Positions 8,256 through 17,482 of a DNA stretch of 64,000 nt are shown in pieces. The stretch's first letter is position 1. Every line of letters starts with the position of its first letter. The translations under genes were made by a program, and so were the position numbers. The notes beneath the pieces were generated by a model. That model saw nothing but the letters and a program-made list of their open reading frames with translations. It ran no database searches and was not told the DNA's origin. This DNA comes from Candidatus Fermentimicrarchaeum limneticum (lineage in GTDB: Archaea; Micrarchaeota; Micrarchaeia; Burarchaeales; Fermentimicrarchaeaceae): assembly GCA_013426015.1 (NCBI GenBank), contig CP058998.1, positions 445,470 through 509,469 of the forward strand, given 5' to 3'.

Positions 8256-8822
8256 GTGAAGATCGGAAAAACATTTTATGCAGCCGACAGGAAGACATGG
8301 CACTCCTGGCTTGCCAAAAATTACAAAAAGGAGAATGAAATCTGGCTTGTCTATTACAGAAAAGCATCCGGCAAGCCGAGAATTCCCTACAATGATGCGG
8401 TTGAAGAAGCGCTGTCCTTCGGCTGGATAGACAGCATAGTGAAAAACATTGATGATGAGAGGTTCGCGCAGAGGTTCTCCCCAAGACGACCAGGCAGCCA
8501 GCTTTCGCAGATGAATAAGGAGCGCGTCAGAAAGTTGATTAAGCAAGGTAGAATGACACCCACAGGGCTTGCAGCAATTGCGCACACATTCAAAGCGGAT
8601 TCAGAAGAAGATTTTACCATTTCTGAAGATATTCTTGGTGCAATAAAGGAAAACGCAGATGCATGGGTGCATTTCCGAAGATTTCCTGAAAGTTATAAGC
8701 GGATACGTATTGCGTATATCGAAAGCCAGAGACGCCATGGTACGGAAGCATTTAAAAGGAGCCTTCAAAACTTTATCAGAATGACCGCCAGAGGCAAAAG
8801 ATTTGGGTCCGTAAGAGAATAA
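8256..8822 (+). CDS. YdeI/OmpD-associated family protein
   Basis: YNDAVEEALSFGWIDS, RFSPRRPGS.LSQMNKERV..LIKQGRMTP.G. Confidence 0.9.
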   Translation: MKIGKTFYAADRKTWHSWLAKNYKKENEIWLVYYRKASGKPRIPYNDAVEEALSFGWIDSIVKNIDDERFAQRFSPRRPGSQLSQMNKERVRKLIKQGRMTPTGLAAIAHTFKADSEEDFTISEDILGAIKENADAWVHFRRFPESYKRIRIAYIESQRRHGTEAFKRSLQNFIRMTARGKRFGSVRE

Positions 8823-8887
8823 AAGAAGATAATGGTCAAGCCAAAGCAAGCTTAAATATCGGAAAGGCATGGGCTTAGCGACAACGG

Positions 8888-9565
8888 TTACCAAACAAAC
8901 GGAAGCAAGCGATAACGTGTTTTTTGGCAATACGCCGTATACCCCTTCAGCTCGCGCTTGAGGACGTCTTCTTCATTGAAAATGCGGTAAATAATAACTG
9001 GTATCATGAGTAGGAACGGCGGGAGCGCCCAGTACGAGCCGAGCGCGATTGACGTGGCGATGTAGATAAGCAACGAGCCAAGGTACATTGGATGCCGGAT
9101 GAACGCGTACGGCCCTGTCGAAATGACTTTCTGCCCTTTTTCAACCCGAATGGTCCGCCCTGCGTAGCTGTTCTCCCTGAAAACCAGGCAGACGAGGGCA
9201 TAGCCCAAGACGACGATGGCATCTGCGGCAACAACGAACTCAAAGGGAACATTCGACCACCCGAAGCGGCGGTCGAGCCCCGGGATGAGAAATCCGATGA
9301 AGAACACGACGGACGCTATTTTTATGAGCGTCTTCTGCTTCACTTCCTTTTCTCTCGTCTTAAATCTCCGCTCCAAAAACTTCGGGTCGTTTTTCAGGAA
9401 ATACGCGAGAACAAAGGACGCCGGGACAAAAACTATCGCCATGTACACCCACGCCTGCCAGTAGTCCAGCGTGCCTGCCGGAACGAAGAGCATAATGCCT
9501 ACGACAGCAAGCGCGGCTATGAATATCAAGACGACTCGTTTCGTTAATGCAGCCTTATCCATCAT
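8888..9565 (-). CDS. Isoprenylcysteine carboxylmethyltransferase (STE14/PEMT-like) family protein
   Basis: QKVISTGPYAFIRHPMY, EEDVLKRELKGY.AYC...RYRLLPFVW. Confidence 0.9.
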   Translation of the reverse strand: MMDKAALTKRVVLIFIAALAVVGIMLFVPAGTLDYWQAWVYMAIVFVPASFVLAYFLKNDPKFLERRFKTREKEVKQKTLIKIASVVFFIGFLIPGLDRRFGWSNVPFEFVVAADAIVVLGYALVCLVFRENSYAGRTIRVEKGQKVISTGPYAFIRHPMYLGSLLIYIATSIALGSYWALPPFLLMIPVIIYRIFNEEDVLKRELKGYTAYCQKTRYRLLPFVW

Positions 9566-9722
9566 GCAGGATGCGCATTGTGTTTATAAAAACATTGCTG
9601 AGTGACCGGCAGTAAACATTTGGCTCCGAAGCTACAAAGTTCGCCAAAAAAGCAAACGGAGTATAATGCCGATTTAAACATCAAAGCAATCTTAATATAT
9701 CTCCAAACATCAAGTATGACTG

Positions 9723-11159
9723 ATGGTCTCTTTAACATTCTTCGGCGGAGTAAATGAGATAGGCGGAAACAAGATACTCCTTAAGGATAGAAAGACAAAG
9801 ATATGGCTTGACTTCGGGATGAGCTTCTCCACCTCTGCTGAGTTCTACTCTGACTTTCTCGGTCCCAAGAAGTGCAATGGAATCGGGGATTACATCGAAT
9901 TGGGGCTTGTCCCGGACATCAGGGGGCTTTACCGGGAGGACTACCTGAAGAAGATGGGGAGGGGGAAGGAGGAAAGGGAGTTTGACGGGATCCTGCTCTC
10001 CCATGCGCATCTTGACCATAATGGGCACCTGGACTTGGTGAGGCCGGACATACCGCTATACTGCTCGCAAGGCTCAAAATGCATCATGGAGATGGTTGAC
10101 GCAACGAGCGGGGGAGAGTTCCTGAGGGAAAAGGTGAGCTTCTGCTTCGTTCCAAAGAAAAGGGGGGAAGGGTTAAAACGCCTGGACAGCAGGGAGCCAG
10201 AAGGGATTGTTGAGAGGGTTGTCAAAGTCGTTGAAAAGCCGTTTAAAGTCGGAGATTTGGAAGTTACGCCAATGCCTGTGGACCATTCTCTTCCAGGAGC
10301 AATGGCATTCGCAATAGAAACAAGCGAAGGCACTGTTGTTTACTCCGGGGATTTCAGGTTCCACGGGCTTAACGAGAAGAAGACAAGGGAATTCGTTGAA
10401 AAATCTGCTGAATTTGAGCCGGCTGCATTCATCTGCGAAGGAACAAGGATTGACAGCAACAAGACAGAAACCGAGAGGGATGTATACAACACGGTGACGA
10501 AGTTCTGCAAGGACTGTGAAGCTCTCATAATCGCAAACTACCCCCTTCGTGACACTGACAGGATGACGACTTTCCTGAATGCTGCAAAGGACCATGACAG
10601 GAGGCTGGTTGTAAACCTGAAGCAGGCTTTCCTGCTTGATGCATTCGAGAAGGCAGGGCAGGAGGCTCCGAAGCTGGAGGATGTTTCCGTCTACATTCCG
10701 CGCAAGTCCTGGGGCCTGGTGACTGAGGACGTGCATCCTGACCTGGTACACGGGGATTACGAGACCTGGGAGTGCGGGTTTATTGATTCTGACAATTCGA
10801 TAACCTGCGAGGAGCTCAGGAAGAACCAGAGCGAGTATTTGTGGCACTGCGACTTCTTTGAGCTGAAGGAGCTTATTGACGTGAAACCGATGAAGGCAAG
10901 CAAGTACGTGTGGAGCGTTACCGAGCCATTTGACGTGGTGATGGAGCTTGACGAGCAGATAGTGATGAACTGGCTTGCGCATTTCAACATAACCGAGATA
11001 ACCCGGTCGCATGTTTCTGGCCATGCAAACGGGCAGGATCTGAAGGAGACGATTGACGCGATAAGGCCGAAAAAGCTCTTTGCCGTGCATACTGAGCATC
11101 CTGAGATGTTTGAGAATGTGGAAGTGGTGGAGAAGGGGAAGGAGTGCGAGGTTGGGTAG
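9723..11159 (+). CDS. Beta-CASP metallo-beta-lactamase nuclease (RNase J-like)
   Basis: GGVNEIGGN, LSHAHLDH, VDHSLPGA, YSGDFR, HVSGHA, VHTE motifs. Confidence 0.9.
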   Translation: MVSLTFFGGVNEIGGNKILLKDRKTKIWLDFGMSFSTSAEFYSDFLGPKKCNGIGDYIELGLVPDIRGLYREDYLKKMGRGKEEREFDGILLSHAHLDHNGHLDLVRPDIPLYCSQGSKCIMEMVDATSGGEFLREKVSFCFVPKKRGEGLKRLDSREPEGIVERVVKVVEKPFKVGDLEVTPMPVDHSLPGAMAFAIETSEGTVVYSGDFRFHGLNEKKTREFVEKSAEFEPAAFICEGTRIDSNKTETERDVYNTVTKFCKDCEALIIANYPLRDTDRMTTFLNAAKDHDRRLVVNLKQAFLLDAFEKAGQEAPKLEDVSVYIPRKSWGLVTEDVHPDLVHGDYETWECGFIDSDNSITCEELRKNQSEYLWHCDFFELKELIDVKPMKASKYVWSVTEPFDVVMELDEQIVMNWLAHFNITEITRSHVSGHANGQDLKETIDAIRPKKLFAVHTEHPEMFENVEVVEKGKECEVG

Positions 11160-11335
11160 TGGGATATGCTGGTGAAGTAGCGTATGACAAGGCGGGGTTT
11201 GAATAGTACTGGAAGATCCACCTAACCTTATTCTACTTTTTAAAATAATTAAGTGTATCCGAACCTAAGATCAAAAATACCATTAAATCTAAGTCTAGGA
11301 TTATGCGGTACCACTCATTATTGTTACTTAAATTG

Positions 11336-11905
11336 CTAGCTTGTAAAGTATGAGTAGAGGAAAAAACGAATCGTTCCCAATATTGTAGTGAGATTAACTG
11401 TAAACATAAACACGGCAACAATGAATAACCATAGAGCAAAAAATTGAATGAACTTTACCTGGTTTTTGTCTAATTCGAGATAATTACTAAAACCAGCAAG
11501 ATACACAAAAATTAACGGAATAAATAGTGAGATAAGATTGGTCGATGCTTGAATTAAATCATGTGCCATTTCTTGTTTAGAAATAACGTCAGATGAAAGA
11601 GGTAGCGTTACAGTCGCAGGAATATTTGCATTTAGCAGCGCAAAAGTAAAGGTTACCGCTATGCTAGCTAAAGCCACAGAAATAGTTAAGGTTTTAATCC
11701 CATGGTCATAAACATAATTCATAAGGCCTACTCGTTGTTTATCGTTTAATCTTTTGAACAAAAATACGGCAATTAGCGCACAGATAAAAACTTCTACAAT
11801 AAGTATTGGTATTTGGATGATTGGTGTGGAGATCCATATTCCCCAAGCTAATGCAAAAAATATGGATCCTGCAAACAACCGCCAGTATGATACGTCAGAT
11901 GACAT
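11336..11905 (-). CDS. Hypothetical multi-pass membrane protein
   Basis: Several TM helices, AT-rich. Confidence 0.65.
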   Translation of the reverse strand: MSSDVSYWRLFAGSIFFALAWGIWISTPIIQIPILIVEVFICALIAVFLFKRLNDKQRVGLMNYVYDHGIKTLTISVALASIAVTFTFALLNANIPATVTLPLSSDVISKQEMAHDLIQASTNLISLFIPLIFVYLAGFSNYLELDKNQVKFIQFFALWLFIVAVFMFTVNLTTILGTIRFFLYSYFTS

Positions 11906-11915
11906 TAACTGTTAA

Positions 11916-11946
11916 TTGCTGCATCAAAGTTTATAATGGTGAGCAG
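11916..11946 (+). repeat. 31-bp direct repeat copy 1 (bidirectional promoter-like)
   Basis: TTGCTGCATCAAAGTTTATAATGGTGAGCAG, 27/31 with 14354-14384. Confidence 0.7.
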
Positions 11947-11994
11947 ATGCAATATAAAATTGAAAACGATAAGTTCTAGATAGGATGTGTATTA

Positions 11995-12645
11995 ATGCAA
12001 AAAAGAATACGTCCAACTGTAAATAATTATGAAATTGTTAGACCAGGATTCTTGGGTTACAGCAAAGATGGATCTCGCGGCTATCTTTATGATATCCAAA
12101 GTAGAAAGATACTGGAATTCAAAGTTTCTAAAAATAAGGAAGCCATGACCCATCTTAATGAGCTATGGCACTATATCCAGTTAGTCTCACGATCAGACAA
12201 ATATCTTAAAACCTATAGGCTGCTTGAAAAACTAAATGGTAAACCTACATTGAGATGCAGAGCAGTTAGGGTTTCAATGGCTCATTCTAATAGAAAAATA
12301 ACAGAGCATGCACTAGTAAATTATTTAATGTCTAATTTTGGAGAATTAGAAATCTCTTTTAGAAAACGTAGTCAAGTTATTATTTTTTATGAGATACTGG
12401 CAGAACTGATTGAAGCTACTTACGCAGCAATAGCAGCTAATCTTAATAGTGCCGTACCCGTAGGAGAAGTTAAAGCACAAAAAATAATTAGAATACTGGA
12501 TTATATACGTTTAGAATGTGCCAAAGATCATAACTTTCTTTATCACAATTGGAAAGATGTAGAAGAATGCGAGAGGAGAATAAGAAGAATAATCCGAGAT
12601 CAGAGAATTATTTCAGCTGGACAGAGAAGTCTTTCAGACTTTTAG
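11995..12645 (+). CDS. Hypothetical protein
   Basis: 216-aa AT-rich ORF, no recognised motif. Confidence 0.6.
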   Translation: MQKRIRPTVNNYEIVRPGFLGYSKDGSRGYLYDIQSRKILEFKVSKNKEAMTHLNELWHYIQLVSRSDKYLKTYRLLEKLNGKPTLRCRAVRVSMAHSNRKITEHALVNYLMSNFGELEISFRKRSQVIIFYEILAELIEATYAAIAANLNSAVPVGEVKAQKIIRILDYIRLECAKDHNFLYHNWKDVEECERRIRRIIRDQRIISAGQRSLSDF

Positions 12646-12712
12646 AAACTGATCATAGTATCAAAGCAATCTTAATATACGTTAGCATACTAACTACTAA
12701 TGGGGTATCAGC

Positions 12713-13381
12713 ATGGCAATTAGACATACTCTTTTTGACTTATTAAAGTTTTCAAATCCCGAGCTTAATTATGGAGAAGGGGTAAAAAGGCTCAAAAAAC
12801 TTGAGGAGGAACTAGATTCGAAAGATATCATCTTAATTTTCTTTTTCTTTAGAGATGAACTTTATCTTATAAGTAAAGATATGTTTTCCATTGCATCAGC
12901 CAGTATTATAATTACACTTGAGGATCGACTAAAAAAGGAATTACTACTTTTATATGATGAGGGTAAACACCTGACTTCATCGAATGGAAAAGCTACAAGC
13001 CCTAAAGAAATTGAAGAATTTACCTTAAATAAACTGAGACTAGAGCTAGAAAGGCACATATCCAACAGTATGTCTGAACAAATTAAAGAGATGAATAAAT
13101 TAAGAAGAGTCGTAGTGCACACAAATATGGAAAAAGCAGTTGAGCTGAATCTTTCAGGTAGAGCACAAATACCTGATTCGCTAATGACACATGAGAGCAG
13201 GCGAGTTAGTGTAGTTTTTAATCCAGAAATACCGATTAAGATTCTAAAACTCTCACTTAAAGTTCTAAGAGAGCTGGAATCTGAGAATTTAAAAAAACAG
13301 GAACCATTTTTTGATCAAATGCTTGATGATACAATTAAGAGAAGAAACGATTTCAATTCCGGAAAAATTTATGGATACTAA
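12713..13381 (+). CDS. Possible HEPN-like helical protein
   Basis: LEDRLK...MNKLRRVVVH (Rx4H) arrangement; preceded by junction/promoter motif at 12660. Confidence 0.45.
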   Translation: MAIRHTLFDLLKFSNPELNYGEGVKRLKKLEEELDSKDIILIFFFFRDELYLISKDMFSIASASIIITLEDRLKKELLLLYDEGKHLTSSNGKATSPKEIEEFTLNKLRLELERHISNSMSEQIKEMNKLRRVVVHTNMEKAVELNLSGRAQIPDSLMTHESRRVSVVFNPEIPIKILKLSLKVLRELESENLKKQEPFFDQMLDDTIKRRNDFNSGKIYGY

Positions 13382-13680
13382 TTGTTCAAAATTACTTGAT
13401 TAAGATTATCTAGTTGTTTTCTTTTTTTCAATTTTATTAAACATTCTTCAAATTCATTAGCCTCTGCCTGACATTAGAGATTAGTTAGCACTTATAGTTT
13501 GTAAAGATAAACTGAGATACAAAGATTACTTAAGCATTGGGTCACAACTAGAGATTACACACTTCATTTTCGCAGCAATCCCTTTCTTATAGGTGCTTCA
13601 TGTGTACTTCAGCCCTTAATATTTTCATTCAAAATATGCCGGCGGTGCATTACTTCTCATAGTGCCGACTCCCAATTCCC

Positions 13681-14169
13681 TCAAAACCATGGACACATGC
13701 GAGAGTTATTTGGAAGAATGCATAGGTACATCGGAACAGTCAGTACTTCACAGGTTTCGCGCATTCGTCTATAAATCACTACTGCGCGATGATTGCCGTC
13801 CATCAGCGTGTATGGTCCTTGTTTGGATATGGCAATCAAAATACCTATTGGTGCATCGGTTGATACCTGAAAATTTTCTACTTCGGTTGAATCTGCAGCT
13901 GTGGGAACACTTCTATCCGGTGAAATCCTAATCCAAAAAGCGTCATTATTAATGACTCTTATTATGCCTTTCTGTTCAAAGTCATTTTTATCTACCGTCA
14001 CTTCGTAATATTCTCCACCCCGCATCCATTTTATTAGGGGACTTCTACACTCCAGGAAATCCTCAAATTTTGAAGGGTCGTACCCACTGTCAATCATCCT
14101 TCGTTTCTCTGATGGATGCCATTCTCTCAATACTCTTTCTTCATTGACTTGTTCTTGATTAATCTTCAT
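13681..14169 (-). CDS. ParB/Srx-like N-terminal-domain protein
   Basis: YTLMDGNHRAV motif. Confidence 0.55.
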   Translation of the reverse strand: MKINQEQVNEERVLREWHPSEKRRMIDSGYDPSKFEDFLECRSPLIKWMRGGEYYEVTVDKNDFEQKGIIRVINNDAFWIRISPDRSVPTAADSTEVENFQVSTDAPIGILIAISKQGPYTLMDGNHRAVVIYRRMRETCEVLTVPMYLCILPNNSRMCPWF

Positions 14170-14332
14170 GTTGTATCCTACTCTCCAAAAATGCTAGCCC
14201 ACATTTATCACAAATGTACAAACTTAAATCACGGTCTGAATCACCGAGATGTACTGTTTCCGGAACTTGACCTTGATCATTCTTAACTGCTGGAGTACCG
14301 CACCTTGGGCATCTAAATTCATATTTGTTCAT
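14159..14332 (-). CDS. Small Zn-ribbon protein
   Basis: CPRCG...CDKCG; GAGGTGA RBS before ATG 14332. Confidence 0.65.
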   Translation of the reverse strand: MNKYEFRCPRCGTPAVKNDQGQVPETVHLGDSDRDLSLYICDKCGLAFLESRIQHED

Positions 14333-14353
14333 GCTCTCACCTCTTAGAGTAGC

Positions 14354-14384
14354 TTGCTGCATCAAAATTTATAAGGATAAGCAG
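14354..14384 (+). repeat. 31-bp direct repeat copy 2
   Basis: TTGCTGCATCAAAATTTATAAGGATAAGCAG. Confidence 0.7.
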
Positions 14385-14398
14385 CCATAATACAAAGC

Positions 14399-14836
14399 AT
14401 GGAAAAATCAAAGTCTAAAAGTTCAAACAAAAATACTAAGCCAGATGCATATGTGAGTGAACCTTTCGGTCCGGTTACTGTAGACCAGCAAATGGCTATT
14501 ACCGATGCTTTAACGCAAAGAGTTTACGACCGCTTGAAAAAGATGGCAGAAATGAGAAGAGAAATCGCAGCGCTCAATACTGGGATTTACAATGCTGAGA
14601 CATATGAATTAATGGAGAAGGTAGTATTCATAATTGCATTCTTATTTGCTATAGTTATTGTATCTGTTTTATCCTTCCTTCTTTATATTGCACAATATGG
14701 ATATGCAGTAGCGGCTTTAGGCATTGGGATAGTCTACGTTTCATTCATAGTAGTATTCTACTCACGGCAGCGAGTTAGTATGAAAGCAGGAGCAGGGTCA
14801 TGGTTTATGGAACTTAAAAAGGAAGACATTCGCTAG
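14399..14836 (+). CDS. Hypothetical 2-TM membrane protein
   Basis: Coiled N-terminus plus two TM helices. Confidence 0.65.
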   Translation: MEKSKSKSSNKNTKPDAYVSEPFGPVTVDQQMAITDALTQRVYDRLKKMAEMRREIAALNTGIYNAETYELMEKVVFIIAFLFAIVIVSVLSFLLYIAQYGYAVAALGIGIVYVSFIVVFYSRQRVSMKAGAGSWFMELKKEDIR

Positions 14837-14856
14837 TTGTGTATAATATATCCTTA

Positions 14857-15183
14857 GTAAATCCGGTAAACCCGGCCTGCCTGCCGTCAGAGAAGGCAGA
14901 AAAGCAGGAAAAAGGCAGCCAGGCGCCGCCTAGACCGGAAAACCCCGGAGACGCAGGACCGTTCAGGCGTCAAAATCCGCTTCCTTCACAATTCCCCCAT
15001 GAAACCTGCAGAAAAAGCGGATTTACCTCGGAGAGTCTGGAAAAGTAAATCCGCTACTGCTGCCTCTCCGACGATAAGCCGACCGAAAAGCCGAGCGGAT
15101 TTACCGAATTTACCCGACGTGATTTATACACTTGCGAGAAAGAGGGATTTACCGGGTTTTATGGCAATTTACCAGCGATTTAC
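14857..15183. repeat. Cluster of (G)GATTTAC/GTAAATC(C) short repeats
   Basis: About nine copies in both orientations, including perfect 11-bp IR AGCGGATTTAC(15016)...GTAAATCCGCT(15055). Confidence 0.65.
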
Positions 15184-15193
15184 TCTCTTGCTT

Positions 15194-15238
15194 TTGATGT
15201 TTTCACCGGTATGGATTATACCCGAACTGGATATGCAG
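15194..15238 (+). repeat. 45-bp direct repeat copy 1
   Basis: 41/45 identical to 16071-16115. Confidence 0.85.
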
Positions 15239-15277
15239 AAATAGACGAACTGGTCTACAAGCTATACGGAATCACTC
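15238..15277 (+). pseudogene. C-terminal scar of a type II/IIG restriction-modification protein
   Basis: Reads EIDELVYKLYGIT, the typical C-terminus of Eco57I/TaqI-like methyltransferases. Confidence 0.55.
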
Positions 15278-15310
15278 GGCTTTAAAAAACAAAGAATTCA
15301 TAATTGACGC

Positions 15311-15670
15311 ATGGAAATCGCTCATAAGGAGGAGCCTGCAGGAGAGGGAAAGAAGCAGGAGGAGAAGCAGCCTTCCCATGTAAGGAAGCTTCTCGAGAAG
15401 ATGCACCTAAAGGAAATTGGGAAGCCGAAATCCGTAGGGCAGGCTCTTGACTGGATGAAAAGGGATGCGGAAAGCGGGAAGCTGGAAAAGATAGCCGATG
15501 GAAGCATGAGAGAGCATCAGAAGCTCCTGGCGAAGAAATTCAAGAGGCGCGAGGAGTTTTTTATGACGGCAGAGAAATACCCGAAAGGGATGGCAGAAAT
15601 AAAATGCTGGCAAAAGAACTGCAGAAAGAAGGCCAGGATCCGGCGCTCAAAGAGATTCAAGAAAGGCTGA
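15311..15670 (+). CDS. Hypothetical charged protein (3' end possibly degraded)
   Basis: TTTAAAAA box ~30 nt upstream, host-like codon use. Confidence 0.5.
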   Translation: MEIAHKEEPAGEGKKQEEKQPSHVRKLLEKMHLKEIGKPKSVGQALDWMKRDAESGKLEKIADGSMREHQKLLAKKFKRREEFFMTAEKYPKGMAEIKCWQKNCRKKARIRRSKRFKKG

Positions 15671-16070
15671 AAGGCAGCTATAACGAGCAGGTGATTATCG
15701 CTGTTGCAAGGAGATGCCTGAACACCCGCAAGACTTAGATAATTTCGCAAGCAATTGAAGATGAATATGCGGTGAGGAAGGGCATTTCCAGTGTAGAATA
15801 GCATTTAGAATCCGGTGTATCTGGCCAGGAAAAAGCGGAAAATAGCGTATTTGGCCTGCCGGAATCAGTTCACTCATGTCTCTTTCATGCTTCTTGCAAA
15901 AAATCAGGAGGCGGAACCGGTCTATCCCGGTTACTGAGGCAGCTCTTCTGCTGCCAGGCGGAAAAGCCTGAGAGCTTCTGCCTCGCAAGAGGCAAATACG
16001 CTGAAATTGAGGAAAAGAGAGCCGAATACACCGAGTTTTTTAGTGTATTTTATGCTCGAGATGAGTGAAA

Positions 16071-16115
16071 TTGATGTTTTCACCGATATGGGTTATACCC
16101 GGACTGGAAATGCAG
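16071..16115 (+). repeat. 45-bp direct repeat copy 2
   Basis: TTGATGTTTTCACCGATATGGGTTATACCCGGACTGGAAATGCAG. Confidence 0.85.
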
Positions 16116-16148
16116 GATTTATTGCGGATTGTGATGCTGGTTTTGATG

Positions 16149-16180
16149 AGAGGAACCTCGCGGTTCCCTCTACCTTCCCT
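16149..16180. repeat. REP-like hairpin AGAGGAACC-loop-GGTTCCCTCT, copy 1
   Basis: Also at 17569-17593 and 18116-18146; only the loop varies. Confidence 0.85.
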
Positions 16181-16184
16181 GAGA

Positions 16185-16229
16185 TGGACCGGGCGGGATT
16201 CGTATAAGAACCACGTCGATGGTTCTTAT
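16185..16229 (-). repeat. tRNA-Ala 3'-end duplication (18 bp) plus hairpin, att-like copy 1
   Basis: 45 bp identical to 17027-17071; first 18 bp identical to tRNA 17483-17500. Confidence 0.9.
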
Positions 16230-16301
16230 CATCTCCACGTATTCGCACCCCTACCATAAACATCACCTCGTTTTGGTTATAACGAAGCAAAGCAGAGCTT
16301 A

Positions 16302-16934
16302 TCATCGTTTCATAAATAAGAAAAAGAATTCAAATATATGCCGCATTTCGTGAATTAGCTCGTCCGATATTGGACAATCTTCACGTATAAGAATAAGCCA
16401 TTTTTTTCCCTCTTCATCTAATTGTTTTACGAATGCCCTGGCTGATTTATCAAAAGTAATCGATTTTCCATATTCTTCTGTCTCCAAATTGCTAATTTTT
16501 TGCAACTGTTCGCCAATTCTAAAGAAATCATCTTTTGTACAAACAATTGCTTTTATCTTTGGCATTTCGATTAAACCAACATTATACCCCTTATTCTTTA
16601 AATCTGATTTTAGAATTCTCCAAGCCTTTTCGATAGTTGATTTAGAGATAGGGGTAGGTTTTGATGTTAGTTGTATAAGGTTTAGTGGTAGGTTGATGTA
16701 TCCAATCATTTCATCAACATAAGGGGCCAGTATCTCTGGCTTTTCCTTTGAAACGTGCTTCATTACATCGGCGATTGCCCCTTTCTCAACATCAGAACCA
16801 GTTTTCAGAATATCAATCAGCTGCGATGCCAGTTTCTCATCCTTTTTAATGCTGTCTGCCAGAAACTGCACCAATTCCTTTGGCTTTCTTTTGGAGTTCC
16901 TTATCTCCTCACTTAAATTCATCTTCACCACCAA
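16302..16934 (-). CDS. Hypothetical, possibly chimeric (HEAT-like N-term plus HExxH C-term)
   Basis: Helical N-terminal repeat-like region; ELIHEMRH near the C-terminus. Confidence 0.55.
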   Translation of the reverse strand: MVVKMNLSEEIRNSKRKPKELVQFLADSIKKDEKLASQLIDILKTGSDVEKGAIADVMKHVSKEKPEILAPYVDEMIGYINLPLNLIQLTSKPTPISKSTIEKAWRILKSDLKNKGYNVGLIEMPKIKAIVCTKDDFFRIGEQLQKISNLETEEYGKSITFDKSARAFVKQLDEEGKKWLILIREDCPISDELIHEMRHIFEFFFLFMKR

Positions 16935-17026
16935 GAATTAGTTAACATTCGGGAGTATATTAAGATTGCTTTGGTCTTTCCTGATTATATGTAAACAAAA
17001 ACCACTCTCAGACGTAAAGCAAGGAG

Positions 17027-17071
17027 TGGACCGGGCGGGATTCGTATAAGAACCACGTCGATGGTTCTTAT
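17027..17071 (-). repeat. tRNA-Ala 3'-end duplication plus hairpin, att-like copy 2
   Basis: TGGACCGGGCGGGATTCG + T + ATAAGAACCA-cgtcga-TGGTTCTTAT. Confidence 0.9.
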
Positions 17072-17176
17072 GATTTCCTTGGATTCGAACCCCCTTATTC
17101 ATATATACCACCCCAGCATTTGTTTAGGTAAGCAATATTAATATAGTCCTCGATATTAACTACTTTTGGTGGTAAA

Positions 17177-17461
17177 GTGGATAAGAAAAGCAAACCTATA
17201 ACCAAAAAAGATAAAATGAAATTCAATCCCGAACCTGGGTTTATACTGCTGCTGATATTTTTTGTATTTATTGGTATGTTAGTAGAAAAGACAGGCGTAT
17301 CCTTATTCATACCTCTAATTTTTTGGTTATTTGCCCTGATAGTTTACAAACAAGGACGTATATTTGGTATTCACGACAATGAGAAAGCAAGGCGTTGGGC
17401 GGTATATCTCGCCATTGCAGGGGTGTTCTTATTCTTTTGGGAATTTAGAGTTTGTTGTTAA
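17177..17461 (+). CDS. Small 3-TM membrane protein
   Basis: Hydrophobic helices; GGTGG RBS. Confidence 0.6.
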   Translation: MDKKSKPITKKDKMKFNPEPGFILLLIFFVFIGMLVEKTGVSLFIPLIFWLFALIVYKQGRIFGIHDNEKARRWAVYLAIAGVFLFFWEFRVCC

Positions 17462-17482
17462 AGCCAGAGCAATCTTAATAGA

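Noticed and set aside
13382-13680. Gene in AT-rich spacer
   Set aside because: Only short interrupted frames; possibly a decayed gene but not assignable
14839-15244. ORFs 14839-15048 and 14999-15244
   Set aside because: No RBS or motifs; the composition reflects the underlying DNA repeats
16185-17094. Split or permuted tRNA halves, or T-loop intron
   Set aside because: The fragments lack a convincing BHB and a partner 5' half, and an intact tRNA-Ala is adjacent; att duplication is simpler
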